48,067 bases of DNA, taken from Octopus bimaculoides (Eukaryota). This document shows positions 1 through 12,795 of the stretch, in pieces; positions within the stretch are counted from its first letter, which is position 1, and each line of letters starts with the position of its first letter. Location: assembly GCF_001194135.2 (NCBI RefSeq), contig NC_068982.1, positions 18,286,081 through 18,334,147 of the forward strand, read 5' to 3'. Position numbers and translations under genes: made by a program. The notes under the pieces are model-generated. The model had not been told where the DNA came from and did not search any database. It saw nothing but the letters and a program-made list of their open reading frames with translations.

Positions 1-37
<37 letters not shown>
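1..37. repeat. (TA)n microsatellite
   Basis: Direct reading. Confidence 0.95.
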
Positions 38-41
<4 letters not shown>

Positions 42-404
42 CATGTAAGTATGCCTCTCTGCGTATGTGTGCGTGTGTATCATTAATATATCGTTCATCA
101 TTTGCTATCTTAATCTGGAGATTAAGAAGACCTATCAAGTTTTCAAAATTATATTCAATATTTTACTAATGTTTCAAATAAATACGTTCTTCGAAAGTAA
201 ACTCTACATGTTTACCACTATATATTTCATAAAAAGAAATAAGAAACAAATTTATACACAACAAACATAGTTCCACACTCCCACTCACAGACATTCCCTC
301 GAAATCGGCGCATTTCATTAACAAAATATGTTGTCATTAAAGGAATTACTCCATAATTATCTGCCACAACGAAAGTATTCTACATAGTATTACAAATGAA
401 TACA

Positions 405-505
405 TTCTTCTTCTTCTTCTTCTTCTTCTTCTTCTTCTTTTTCTTCTTCTTCTTCTTCTTCTTCTTCTTCTTCTTCTTCTTCTTCTTCTTCTTCTTCTTC
501 TTCTT
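405..505. repeat. (TTC)n trinucleotide repeat
   Basis: About 100 bp of TTC with one TTT variant; it produces the poly-Lys of ORF 380..772. Confidence 0.95.
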
Positions 506-532
506 GCAGTTGATCACCACAGTACAATAAGC

Positions 533-990
533 AAATTTCCTTCTGGTTGCAAGAACCTCAACGATCAGGAAATATAAGTTTGGTCTAAAATCCTGGATAT
601 CAAGATTGGGCTTCAAGCCATGGAAGAAAATCAGGCTTCTAGCACTCGAAGAGTGGCAAGCGTGTCGCTGTCCACTGTAATTCGTCAACTTCATAACTTC
701 AGCAAGAGATGTAAATGGATGTTTGAAAGGAACTCGTGGAGAGTTCGCGTGATCTGCGTTTCCAGAAGACAATTATTATGCGCGATAAATATAAAACATT
801 TTCTCACAATACTTACGGACATAAACAGTATTTAAGCAAGGGCCAGCTTCCGGATCCTGTCACCAAACAAAGGCGTTTCAAACAGAATGTGATGTTCTCA
901 GCCTGGTGGACTTCTAAGAGGATATTTCACTGCGACTTCATTCCAGGCGGTTGAATTACCAATGCCAGACTCTACCCGGAACGGCTGGAG
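533..990 (+). pseudogene. Decayed mariner transposase fragment (HTH2 to start of the catalytic domain)
   Basis: Frameshifted peptides SGCKNLNDQE, STRRVASVSLSTVIRQLH and KQNVMFSAWWTSKRIFHCDFIPGG*ITNARLYPERLEQ match the mariner motifs (SG..L.D..RSGRP; STR.+A....S.STV.RHLH; KKVML.VWW...G++H.E+LP.G.TIN...Y..QL). Confidence 0.8.
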
Positions 991-2550
991 CAGATGTATG
1001 GCAGTGAAAATAGGATTCTGCGTTTCGATACAAATTTTGCAGGGGAAAGAGCATATCGAATTAGGATACAATACTCGCAAGTAGTCTAACATCTCCTACA
1101 CAACTGTTGCCAAAGTAACAATTGTACGAAACAGGGATACCTGGCTAGCTTGTCTGAGTGTGGAAGTTCTTTTCAAAGCTTTGAAGAATCAAATCACATT
1201 ATATACGTCGGCAGTACATGACAGAATAATTGTTAGAGTAATTATTGCTTACGCTCGTCATAACAGCAGATCTATTTGAAGACAGAAAATATTTCAAACA
1301 ATAATGAAAATGTAATGCTTTTGTGGCGGTGAATTTAGTTTGGCCACGTTAAGAGGACAGTAGATAACATCGTCAGGTTTGGTGTAAATTGATGGGAAAC
1401 TCAAGAAAATATGGGCTGAATACGGAGAGGATTCTGTTACGGGAAATGTTTTACAATATTTCGATCGGGAATTTTTTTCCGTTCAAGATGCATTTCAGTG
1501 TGGCCGTCCAAATGAGAATACTAGCGCCACAATTAAAGAGATAATCGATACTTACCTGGTTATATGACACAGATGATCGCAGATATTCACTAAATATCCG
1601 ACCCAGTTATTGAAAACCGTCTCTACCAAGTTGTCACGTCAGCAACCAAATAACGCTAACTTCGCCCGACGGACTTACATCTTTTCGTCGCAGAAACGTG
1701 AAGTAAACGAAAAGTTTGGAAGAAAAGTGGTTTCGGTGATAACAATACAAAGCACAATAAATAATGGCAGATGCACGGTGAACTACCACAAACAACATCT
1801 AAACAGGACATCGCCCGAAGAAACTTAAGCATTCATTTTGACAGACTTATGCGTTGTCATTTACGATATTTTTACCACGGATAAGATCGTCAAATGCAAT
1901 GTGTAATGTGACAATTCTGCTTCCTGGATACTTCTCGGATGTCATATTCTGCATTATAGCTTATATTACAACATCCTGGATGGATAAGGTGCAACTGAGC
2001 CAATATGCCATAGACACTGTAAACAGTTCACTCAAAGATGGCAGTTATAGATAGGGTAAAATTATATCATTTGAGATTCACTTCCCTTCCTGTATAATCA
2101 AATCCAGTTGGAACTATGTTCAGCTGCTTCTACCTTTCCATCAAATGCTTTGGTTTTCTTTCTGCCAGAAAAAAATTAATGTATAATACTTGAGCGTGCT
2201 AGTCTAAATTGAATTGTCTTCGGCTTTTATGATGATAAATTTTGGCAATTCTTATTTTTAGAGAAGTAATTGGAATTTTGTTTTCGTAGACCAACGATGC
2301 CTACCCGAAGTATATTCATATTTCACTACCTGAAATTGTTTTCGTTTTCCAATTTTTTTTTTGTTTATAAAAGTCTGGCAATAGTTACCTAACAACCCAT
2401 TTCGTTTGTTTTTCATGTTCTACTTCATAATAATACACTGTCGTTCTTAAAAGACTTATCTTTGTGAAATATATGGTTCAACGTGGGCGATTAAATATTT
2501 GGAGCTTCTGTGAAATGTGTATACACAGCAATAAAAACATTTAATGTTTT

Positions 2551-2773
2551 ATATATACACACACACCCACACACACCCACACACACACATACCCCCACAC
2601 ACACACACACACACACACATATATACATATATAGTAATAAATAAATATTTAATGTTGTGCTGTCATTGCCAAGTTGTGCTCAAATAATTGCCTATTATTT
2701 AAATTAGAAGAGCAAGTTGAATAATGTAGATGTATCTATTGAAAATACAATACCATACATTTATAAACACACA

Positions 2774-2871
<98 letters not shown>
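2551..2871. repeat. Two compound (CA)n/(TA)n microsatellites (about 2551-2632 and 2768-2871)
   Basis: Direct reading. Confidence 0.9.
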
Positions 2872-2989
2872 CTATATTAAATTTCTAAGCGAGAGGGAAA
2901 CAGTAAGATATCTCCTCCACACTGTCTTTGTGTCCGATTAGTATTTGCGAGGGGAGGTAATTGCTCCCAACTCTAGCCTTACGTGATAA

Positions 2990-3032
2990 ACACTGACACG
3001 AGTTTCTGGGTAGCTACCCGTCTTCAGTGTGT
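2990..3032 (-). ncRNA. Type I hammerhead-like motif, first stem I pair mismatched
   Basis: Minus strand: ACACA-CTGAAGA-C GGGT AGCT ACCC A-GAAA-CTCGTGT-C-AGTGT. Core CUGAAGA, GAAA and the GUC triplet are intact; the pairs closing stem I (A/A) and stem II (C/A) are mismatched. Confidence 0.6.
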
Positions 3033-3495
3033 GATAATCACCAGCTATTGAGGAAAACTCATTACACTCGCAAAATGTTGCATGCTTTTTTCCAGCGACG
3101 TACTGTTGCTGATCTCGAAAACGGAAAAATAAGCTCTATGAAATCTCTCTGCGCGAAGTAAAGAGTAACAGCACGGAATCGTAAAATATATTTGCCAACT
3201 AAATGTGGCGGTCCCTTAGAGGACGATGTTAGGGTTGTTTTTAGCCCCAGGAAGCCATCTCCTCCAGCTGGCTAACGAACACTGTATCCGATTACTATCT
3301 GCGGTTAATATTCCTGATTAGTATTTGCGATTGGTATTTGCGATTAGTAGTCGGTAAATATATTTTACGATTCCGCACTGTTACAGTTTACTTCTTGCTC
3401 AGAGATTTAATTTATTTCTCCTTTTTCGAGATCGCTGGAAAAATCATATATTATTTTGCGAGTGGAATGAGTTTTCATCACTAGCTGGTGATTAT

Positions 3496-3540
3496 CACAC
3501 GCTAAAGAGAGGTGACTACCCGCAAACCCGGAACTGTGTG
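3496..3540 (+). ncRNA. Decayed sister hammerhead motif
   Basis: CACACG-CTAAAGA-GAGGTGACTACCCG-CAAA-CCCGGAAC-TGTGTG. Stem I is intact (CACACG/TGTGTG), the core is mutated, and it aligns gap-free to the 2990-3032 motif. Confidence 0.45.
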
Positions 3541-4310
3541 CATCACGTGAGGCTCGAGACGGAAGCGATGACCTCTCCACGCAAATAATCATCGGACACT
3601 GACTGTGTCGTTAGCCAGCTGGAGGAGATGTACTTTACGATATATATACATCTGTGTGTGTGTGTGTGTGTTTTTATATATGTATGTATTGCATAAAAAG
3701 ATGTTCTTAGAGTGTCTCTGTACCCTTGTATGTGTTTCTTTACTTATGTGATAGGTGACTGACATTTTGATACTATGAATATGCATATTGTCTCAAAACC
3801 TTCCTACAGAAAAAATGTTTCCTGTAAAAAGTATTAAAAAAAATACAAACAGAAATGTCAGAACCAAAACCACAGCAAATATTCAAATAAGTATCCTACG
3901 TGCCCGGAGATAAAATATAACTCAATGCAATACTACATATTTCAAGTCTGACTTCTATGTTCAATTGGTAGTTTGTTATGCAGATCGGAGACAGCCAAAT
4001 GATGGCTGTTTCAAATATTTCTTACAAAAAAAATAATACCGTATTGTTAAGCATTCATTATTATGCATCTAACGATAAGACAGTCCACAGGCCATATAAG
4101 AAATAGTAATAAAATACAGGACTTCAAATGCCTGTCTTTGACATACAATATTACAAGACAAAGCATAAAATCAGTATTTCATTTTCAAATTGTTGCGATA
4201 AAGCACAATAGTGTCATATAATATCATTTAATATTTATATGATATGTCTGTTTTCCTGTATATTCCTATTTTCCCGTTTTCCCTCTCCTCTGCCATATAC
4301 TTAGTGATAT

Positions 4311-4337
4311 ATATACACACACACACACACACACACT

Positions 4338-4369
<32 letters not shown>

Positions 4370-4430
4370 CATATACATATATATATATATATATATACAT
4401 ATATATATACAACTACACACACATATATAA
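4311..4430. repeat. Compound (CA)n/(TA)n microsatellite
   Basis: Direct reading. Confidence 0.9.
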
Positions 4431-6261
4431 GAATGAATATAGTTTTTTATACAAATATATATATATTCTACAGGCATTTAGATAAAAAAAAGAACGTCTC
4501 AGTAGAAACCGTGAGGAATAAATTTCGTACTGATTGAATTTGTAATTTGCTAAGCTTATATCAGAAATAATTTTTTCTGCTAGAGGCACAAAGCCTGAAA
4601 TATGGGGAGAGAGGACCTTTGGAGAATCTTTCAGTGGAACTGTGGCAATGTGTTTTCTCTAAACAGAGAAATATCTCTCAAATACCACTCGCATTGGCAA
4701 AACACTATCACCAAACATTCCCAAGTTTAATACTCTCCTGTAGACGAAGCACTCAATTTTGAATGCTCAACATCAATACCACTGATGCTCTATCCTCACA
4801 AGTACACCATCGACATAACACCACAAAACCGATCCTTCTCTGCAACACTGGAGTTACAGTTGAACTCCAACGACACTCTGATTTGCGCATGATCTCCAAA
4901 AGAGAGGCATACTCCAGCATCTTGGACGGACAAATCTCCTACTACGCTCTAATACATGCTTGGCGAATGTATAGAAGAACACATAAGTTCTCTTTACCCA
5001 TTGAAGACTCTATCTCACAGGCATACTATCACCTCATTGTACCTTTTCCATTTTATACTAATGGACTCTGTACCAACAGAATGCTAGTCTCCTTCCTTCA
5101 TCATGATGGCACCCAGACAGTACTTACCTTTCTACTCTCCATCTGTCTTAGCGTTTAGGTCTCTCAGCCTACACCGACAATTTTACCCAATGATTTCTTT
5201 CTAGAAGCGCGGGCTACTGGAAATCTTTTTCTGTTTATGGCCTTCCTGTAGTTAATAACATCAATTTGACCGTTCTTTGAGTCCCCGCTAAAGCTCAAAG
5301 CAATGTCCTTTTTCCAGAGGCTGCATGTCAAATAAACCTACCCATAGTTTCTTGAGCTACCGGAAATAATGACCAGATTACTCCTTAAGCCAAACCTTAC
5401 CTTCGTAAAAAAACAAAAAAAAAACAATGTCACAATGCATCGTTTTGTCTTTGACAAATACAACCATGACTTGAAATATCTTTGATCTTATGTTTACTCG
5501 ACCATGTTCGGCTTCGGTCTAACACAATAGTGATAACAACAACAAAACAAATCACGCCAAAAGAGTGTCCTAACAGGCCGGCAGCTTACTGTGGGTTTAT
5601 ACATTCGTAATCAACATTGATGTCAAATTCAGCGTCCGAACCTTATTCTGTTCAGTTTCAGAACTTAGATCTTAACATAGAAGATAACCAAATATATAAT
5701 CAACAGCATCTCTTGAATTTAAAATTTACTTGCATGGCTTCAGACAGCAATTACAATGATTACGTTTAAGATTTCTGTTAAATTTGATACAAGGTAGTGC
5801 GTGCCGCAATCAGAAGTTCAAATGATAGTAACAAACACTACTCATATAAAAGAAGTGAAACTTGCGAAAGTTAAACATGTCATAACTGTTCTTAAATTTA
5901 TTCTGAAACATAATTTCATTATGTTCAAGGGTTCGATAGTGTGTGAGATTTTATTACATAGTTGAGGTTGTTTAAAGAGAAAACACAAAAGTGATTCGTT
6001 ATATTAAAGATTTCCATCCATAGTGAAATTTGTGAGTGTCACACTGATACACATGGCAATTATATTCAGAACTTTAATAATGACGTCGACTGCATTTCGT
6101 AGTTAGAGTTCTTTAGAGTTTAAATTCCGTAATTGATCGAAAATGCTGAATATTTCAATTATGCTATTGCATCGTTAAAGCAAAAAAAAAAGGATATCGG
6201 AAATGTGACATGCGAAACTGTTTCGTCAAGTTTCATCGATTGGTATATTGAGATCGGGGGT

Positions 6262-6350
6262 GGGGAGATTTGAACTTAGAACGTAGTGGCAGATAAAATA
6301 CTGCTAAGCATTTCGCCCGGCCTGCTAACGATTCTGCTAGCTCACCGCCT
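6262..6350 (-). mobile_element. SINE family A, tRNA-derived head fragment
   Basis: atttgaacttagaacgta...ctaagcatttcgcccggcctgctaacgattctgctagctcaccgcc matches the fuller copies at 13804-14014 (-) and 26197-26415 (+); it carries a reverse-complement B-box. Confidence 0.8.
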
Positions 6351-9350
6351 TTTTTTGTTACTGCATAAATTGCATATTTCAGACAGAACGACTTGTCCAG
6401 GAATGTATAAAGAGTACTCCCGTATATTTATTGTGAACATCTTCCTGACAGAAACTTCATTTCTTCCACATACGGAAACTTTTTGTTTATAGCCCTCACT
6501 CTAAATGAACCGAGTATCTTTAAATCAGTATTCTCAGGACAGGATAAGGGGAAAAATTATTAGTTTTAAAAGAAACATTTTTTATGACGATTTATGTTTC
6601 TACAAGATACTTATGTATAGAAAATATGGTGTCATCCTGCTATTGAAGGATAACGCTTCACAGCTGATTTACTTGGAATGTAGTCGAATACATGAAGTCT
6701 ACATGTCGCCAAAAGGTAATATATTGAAGAAATTATGGAGTTATTCATAATGTAAAAGCAATTATAAGAAATTTTAGATAATGTTAAATAAATGCATGAA
6801 TGCATGTATTTGACATTCTAAATGTTCTGTACGGATTTATTCTATCGTAAATGAAAGTAATATTATAAAACATTTAAATATGCATAAGGAAACTGTTTGC
6901 ATATGCCATATGCAGAAACACAATAAAACCATTTAAGATATAAATAGTTGCTGGAGAATTTTGGTTTTCGATTTTGTAGTTTACTCAGAAGAATTTCTCA
7001 AAAGTTTCCTGAGATTAGGAGACATCATCTGATGTATCTTTGGTGAACTTATTGTTACAACAATTATATTTATATATTGAGATATAAAATTAGTTCCGTT
7101 AAGTGAAATACGCAAATTTCACGCCAGTCACCATATGTCAGGGGAAACAACTATTCATTGCTAAAATGAATGGAATATATTCCTAAGAGGTTAAGTTTTG
7201 CTTGAAACTCATTTTAGATTAAAATAATAAAGACAGAGTTTACCGAAGCTAAACAAATATCGAAAACACCTGTTGCCTTATTTAGAGATTTGTGACGTAC
7301 ATATGGACGCCAACTGTGTTTACCTACTGGCATTCTTTTGAAACTCAAAACGTCTTAAAATATTAGATATTAACATTAAATGCTGTATTGTTAATTGCGC
7401 TATTGACGGAGACAGTTTTAATTTCTCCTTATTGATTATAGTCCAAGAATATAGATGCTACGGCAAACTTTTGTAGAATATCCAGAAAATGCAAAACATT
7501 GAACAATTGTGCTCACATAATAAAATAAATTTTGAAATGCAAACAAGCATTTATTATAAACAAGGATGTTGTCATTTCTGAGCATATCTAAGTAGCCACA
7601 CAAAATTTTCGAAAAACGATTGAAATCTTTCTCAAATCACATTTCTAAATGAAGGAATGACAACGAAAATTATATTGCTTCGATTACGAAGGTAGCAACA
7701 GGTTTGTGACTAAAAACACTTGTCATAATCAATTGCCTTGATCACGCCTAGCCGGGGTCCAAACAGAAAGAATTAACTTTCGTGTCAGTAATCTTATGTT
7801 TAGGGACCATTTTCACTGCCTTATAAATCTGAATATTTTCTTGTATATGGGCCTTCTGTATATAACATTTTTAAATTGTAGTTTTGGCATTTTTGCAGTA
7901 TGGACATAATGTGAGTAGTTTCTTGCTAGGAATTACTCACATTATGTAAATACAGCAGACATTATTTATTATGTGGTGCCTATCTGTTAGTTCTAGAAAT
8001 TATAGATTTTCATTTCTTTGAATGTTATTATAGACATTGTTTCCTTTCCCCATCACAAACTGTGGTTATTTATGTTCACAGATGTATATATTTGGATACT
8101 TTTTCCCCATGTATTATACATATGTATATTGTCGTATTTTGAGGCTGGTATTTCGATTCGGGGGCAATTCCTCTTCTGATAGTTATTTTTAACAAAATAC
8201 TTTGTATGAAAACTTAAATTTTAGTATATATAAATTTGTATACCAAAGACAATAGATGGTTTGTCATTGCTTAGGGTATGGCTTTGAAAACTGAATTCAA
8301 CTTGTACCTATTTGTAATAATTTTCTCTTGTCCTTTACAAGATATTTTCGTGGACTTGCAATAAATATTAAAAAAATATATGAAAAATTTCATTCGGATC
8401 ATTCTTCCACTATTTATGCTATATATATTCTTCTTTTGCGAGATTTTATGTAGTCTTGACCTGTCGAGTCATGCTAATTCATTCCGAATCCAGTTGAAGT
8501 TTAATACAGTTAAAACAATTGCTTGTTATTAACATAACGTCTTTAACATTGCTTTAATTACCAATCTAATGCATCTATATTATTCTTTCGGAAAAAATCT
8601 TTCACAAATATTTTTTCTTTTTATTTTGTGAAGTTCATACATTCCTAAGCATTAATGAATTCGGTATCTCTATGGATTATTATCTAACATGATATTGCAC
8701 TTCTCATTTAGTCTACCACATTTTTACGGTGCCTTTGGCACATTTTTCCAATCTGAATATCATATAAATACCTTTTTTAAATCGGCAAAGTGTCTATGGC
8801 TCTGTTTTGAAGTTACTAATCATCTGTAGCTTTATAATACTGCCTACGGTGGTTGGATGAATACTGTATAGATTACTATATGAGGCGAACAATTCACATG
8901 CCAAGCAAAAATGAATGAATAAAGGGATACAATATATATATATATCTACTAAGCTTATATCTAACGGCATAAAGAATATATCTCCCTCAATTTTATATCT
9001 GTAACTGCAGATTTATTGGCCTTTTATTTATTGTGTTGAGTCAAATGTTTCGAAATAGTTTGGTAACTTATTTGCTTTATTCTTCAATTGACGACTAAAA
9101 CAGCCTAGCATTCAAAGTGGAGGGCATCCTATTACACAAACTGAAGCGGCCTTTGTGTTAGTTCTTTGCTCGTATGCTGATACATATTCTCGTCCGTCGA
9201 GGCGCAGAAATCCTTTACCGAATCTTGCATCTCCTTTTGGTTGATGAAATCTCGCTCTGCATTCGATGGGTATGATGTTTATTTTGAAAACTAAGAAAAT
9301 AGATGTAAAACGTGATTGATGGATAGATAGAGACAGAAAGAGAGAGTTAG

Positions 9351-9366
9351 TGAGAGAGAGAGCGAG

Positions 9367-9443
<77 letters not shown>
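9351..9443. repeat. (GA)n microsatellite
   Basis: Direct reading. Confidence 0.95.
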
Positions 9444-9448
<5 letters not shown>

Positions 9449-9835
9449 AGAGACTGCTAGCTAGATGTGGTAATGTGAGAGAAAACGAGGGAGAATAACG
9501 CAGAGACTTAGGAAGCGACATATTCAGTGGAAAAAGGTGTTGCAATCAACATGCAATACAAGTAGCACAAGACTGAGACGGGAAAACTAGTTTAGGGATG
9601 AAACATTTTTAAATGTAGCAAACTTTGTGACAACACTACGTCTTTAGTTAAACATTACCTCGCTCTCGCACTGTCTACATGTCTTTAAAGTATGTTTAAA
9701 GGGTATTTTCGCATATGATATAATCTGGAAGTTTGCTGTACGAAATATATATATCACATATAAAAAAATTATGAAACTACAATGTGTATGTTTCGTGGAT
9801 AAGTATATATGTATGTATGTATGTATGTGTGTATG

Positions 9836-9878
<43 letters not shown>

Positions 9879-9936
9879 ATATATCATAGATAAAATTAAG
9901 AAACAACAACGTGTTTCGTGCATAATTATATATATA

Positions 9937-10805
9937 NNNNNNNNNNNNNNNNNNNNNNNNNNNNNNNNNNNNNNNNNNNNNNNNNNNNNNNNNNNNNNNN
10001 NNNNNNNNNNNNNNNNNNNNNNNNNNNNNNNNNNNNNNNNNNNNNNNNNNNNNNNNNNNNNNNNNNNNNNNNNNNNNNNNNNNNNNNNNNNNNNNNNNNN
10101 NNNNNNNNNNNNNNNNNNNNNNNNNNNNNNNNNNNNNNNNNNNNNNNNNNNNNNNNNNNNNNNNNNNNNNNNNNNNNNNNNNNNNNNNNNNNNNNNNNNN
10201 NNNNNNNNNNNNNNNNNNNNNNNNNNNNNNNNNNNNNNNNNNNNNNNNNNNNNNNNNNNNNNNNNNNNNNNNNNNNNNNNNNNNNNNNNNNNNNNNNNNN
10301 NNNNNNNNNNNNNNNNNNNNNNNNNNNNNNNNNNNNNNNNNNNNNNNNNNNNNNNNNNNNNNNNNNNNNNNNNNNNNNNNNNNNNNNNNNNNNNNNNNNN
10401 NNNNNNNNNNNNNNNNNNNNNNNNNNNNNNNNNNNNNNNNNNNNNNNNNNNNNNNNNNNNNNNNNNNNNNNNNNNNNNNNNNNNNNNNNNNNNNNNNNNN
10501 NNNNNNNNNNNNNNNNNNNNNNNNNNNNNNNNNNNNNNNNNNNNNNNNNNNNNNNNNNNNNNNNNNNNNNNNNNNNNNNNNNNNNNNNNNNNNNNNNNNN
10601 NNNNNNNNNNNNNNNNNNNNNNNNNNNNNNNNNNNNNNNNNNNNNNNNNNNNNNNNNNNNNNNNNNNNNNNNNNNNNNNNNNNNNNNNNNNNNNNNNNNN
10701 NNNNNNNNNNNNNNNNNNNNNNNNNNNNNNNNNNNNNNNNNNNNNNNNNNNNNNNNNNNNNNNNNNNNNNNNNNNNNNNNNNNNNNNNNNNNNNNNNNNN
10801 NNNNN
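9937..10805. other. Assembly gap
   Basis: N run with (TA)n on both sides. Confidence 0.98.
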
Positions 10806-10840
<35 letters not shown>

Positions 10841-10843
<3 letters not shown>

Positions 10844-11663
10844 AAATATTAAATGAGTATATGCATATATACGTACATGTATGTGCGTACCGACATTCAC
10901 CTGTATGTATTGGTGCATATCTGGGTACAGGACATTGCAAACAAAACGTAGACGAGAAAACACACAAACCACATAGAGAACATTCTACTTCATCAGCTAC
11001 CCCCGTTTTAACACCGGCGTTTCGAAGGGCGGGGCAGGACGCATCGTTAAAACGGCTCTTCCCATGGACCGCAAATTAAATTTGTATACACAAATTAAAT
11101 CTTGCCATGGAGGAATGTAGTGGCGGACAAAAAACAAGACAGGAAAACAAACAGAAAAGGCTTTACAGCCAGACGAGAAAAATTATGTGTATGAACAATG
11201 TGAGGCACGAACTTGAAAGGGTCGAAGTAGTTCGCGTGATTTCTCGGCGATAGTCAAGGAAGAAAAGGATTATTGACCGGAAGCATGTGACCATGCCGGT
11301 GTAAGGGGAAAAGAGAGAGTGGTAGAGGGAGAATCAAAGGGAGGAAGTAGAAGAATAGGTGAGCAACGAGAGGAAAAGAGAAAGAGAGGAAGTACGAGGG
11401 GGAAAATGATAGAGGAAGAAAAAGAGATAGAGTAGCGTCGGAAAATATAAGTTTATGAAAAACTACTTACGAATTGGAGACGCTGCGTTCAGTCATGTAA
11501 AAACAAATAGTAAATGAGTGTATGCATATATACGTACAGGTATGTGCGTACCGACATCCACCTGTATGTATAGGTGCATATCTGGGTATAGGACATTGCA
11601 AACAAAACGTAGACGAGAAAACACACAAGCCACATAGAGAACATTCTACTTCATCAGCTACCC
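10841..11663. mobile_element. Non-coding repeat with 162 bp terminal direct repeats (10841-11002 and 11502-11663; period 661 bp)
   Basis: The two repeats differ at 7 positions by hand count. A second, more diverged family member lies at about 18660-19265. Flanked by (TA)n. Confidence 0.8.
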
Positions 11664-11755
11664 ATATATATATACCAGAGTAAGCACATATATGTGGAAC
11701 AAGGTGGAAAGAACAGTACTTGAATACCGGAGGTAGTATAAATTAATAAAGTACA

Positions 11756-11758
<3 letters not shown>

Positions 11759-11807
<49 letters not shown>
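11759..11807. repeat. (CT)n(TA)n microsatellite
   Basis: Direct reading. Confidence 0.9.
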
Positions 11808-12137
11808 NNNNNNNNNNNNNNNNNNNNNNNNNNNNNNNNNNNNNNNNNNNNNNNNNNNNNNNNNNNNNNNNNNNNNNNNNNNNNNNNNNNNNNNNNNNNN
11901 NNNNNNNNNNNNNNNNNNNNNNNNNNNNNNNNNNNNNNNNNNNNNNNNNNNNNNNNNNNNNNNNNNNNNNNNNNNNNNNNNNNNNNNNNNNNNNNNNNNN
12001 NNNNNNNNNNNNNNNNNNNNNNNNNNNNNNNNNNNNNNNNNNNNNNNNNNNNNNNNNNNNNNNNNNNNNNNNNNNNNNNNNNNNNNNNNNNNNNNNNNNN
12101 NNNNNNNNNNNNNNNNNNNNNNNNNNNNNNNNNNNNN
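11808..12137. other. Assembly gap
   Basis: N run. Confidence 0.98.
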
Positions 12138-12795
12138 TGTACGTTTATGTCTGTGGTTCATGGCTTTCTTTTACCATCCACCTATATCACCGTTTCCAAC
12201 ATAAGCCTAGCATTATCATAGCTACCGATGTTTTACATATGAATCATTTAGTACATTTTCTTATTGATGGATATACATTTCAGTTGATTACGTCTATGTT
12301 TTCAGTATTTTTACAATAGCTATTGCACTCGATTTCATAAGCAATACCAATTGCTACATTCGGGAGTGCTTTCTTCAAATGTTTATTTGTACACTGTGAT
12401 AACATTGCACTTAAGGTTCTGCAAACTGTAGAAAGTCATGTAACATAGTCTTTTATATGATTTTTGATTTCTATTATTCACTGTGAGCTATCGAGTTTCT
12501 CCCTTCGGCTCCTTCAACAATTTATAAACCATTTGTCTGCAAGCATTATGTGTTCATAGTAAATATGTTACTTGGAATTTGAGAACCTAATGCCCCGTTG
12601 TACTATCCGCTTAATTCTCCACGTAGGATTTCTGCTATTTGATGCCTTGATATAGTTTCCTACGATAGTTCATATGGTGTGTTTGTTGATTTAAACGTTG
12701 TCGCTCGCGGTAAGATGTTACTACGTTTGAATACTGTTTTACTTTTAACTTGATAATTTGAACATTGCATTCTTTAAAATTAATTTATTCTGAAG

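Larger units (their letters stand above)
2910..3630. mobile_element. Two inverted, diverged copies (2910-3201 and about 3348-3630) of a ~290 bp repeat, each with a decayed hammerhead motif; probably Penelope-like pseudo-LTRs
   Basis: The reverse complement of 3348-3630 aligns along its whole length with 2910-3201 (e.g. gtgtgataatcaccagcta, cggaatcgtaaaatatattt). 3256-3278 is an exact 23 bp inverted copy of 3608-3630. Confidence 0.75.

Noticed and set aside
380-772. Poly-Lys ORF
   Set aside because: Reverse translation of (TTC)n joined to the antisense of a mariner relic.
4620-5310. GC-balanced segment and ORF 4763..5158, suspected LINE relic
   Set aside because: No diagnostic RT or endonuclease motif could be aligned in any frame.
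10985-11035. GAAAC and CUGAUGA on the minus strand as a type II hammerhead (also at 18815-18860)
   Set aside because: The segment between them cannot form stem I and stem II pairing is poor; kept only as a hairpin finding.
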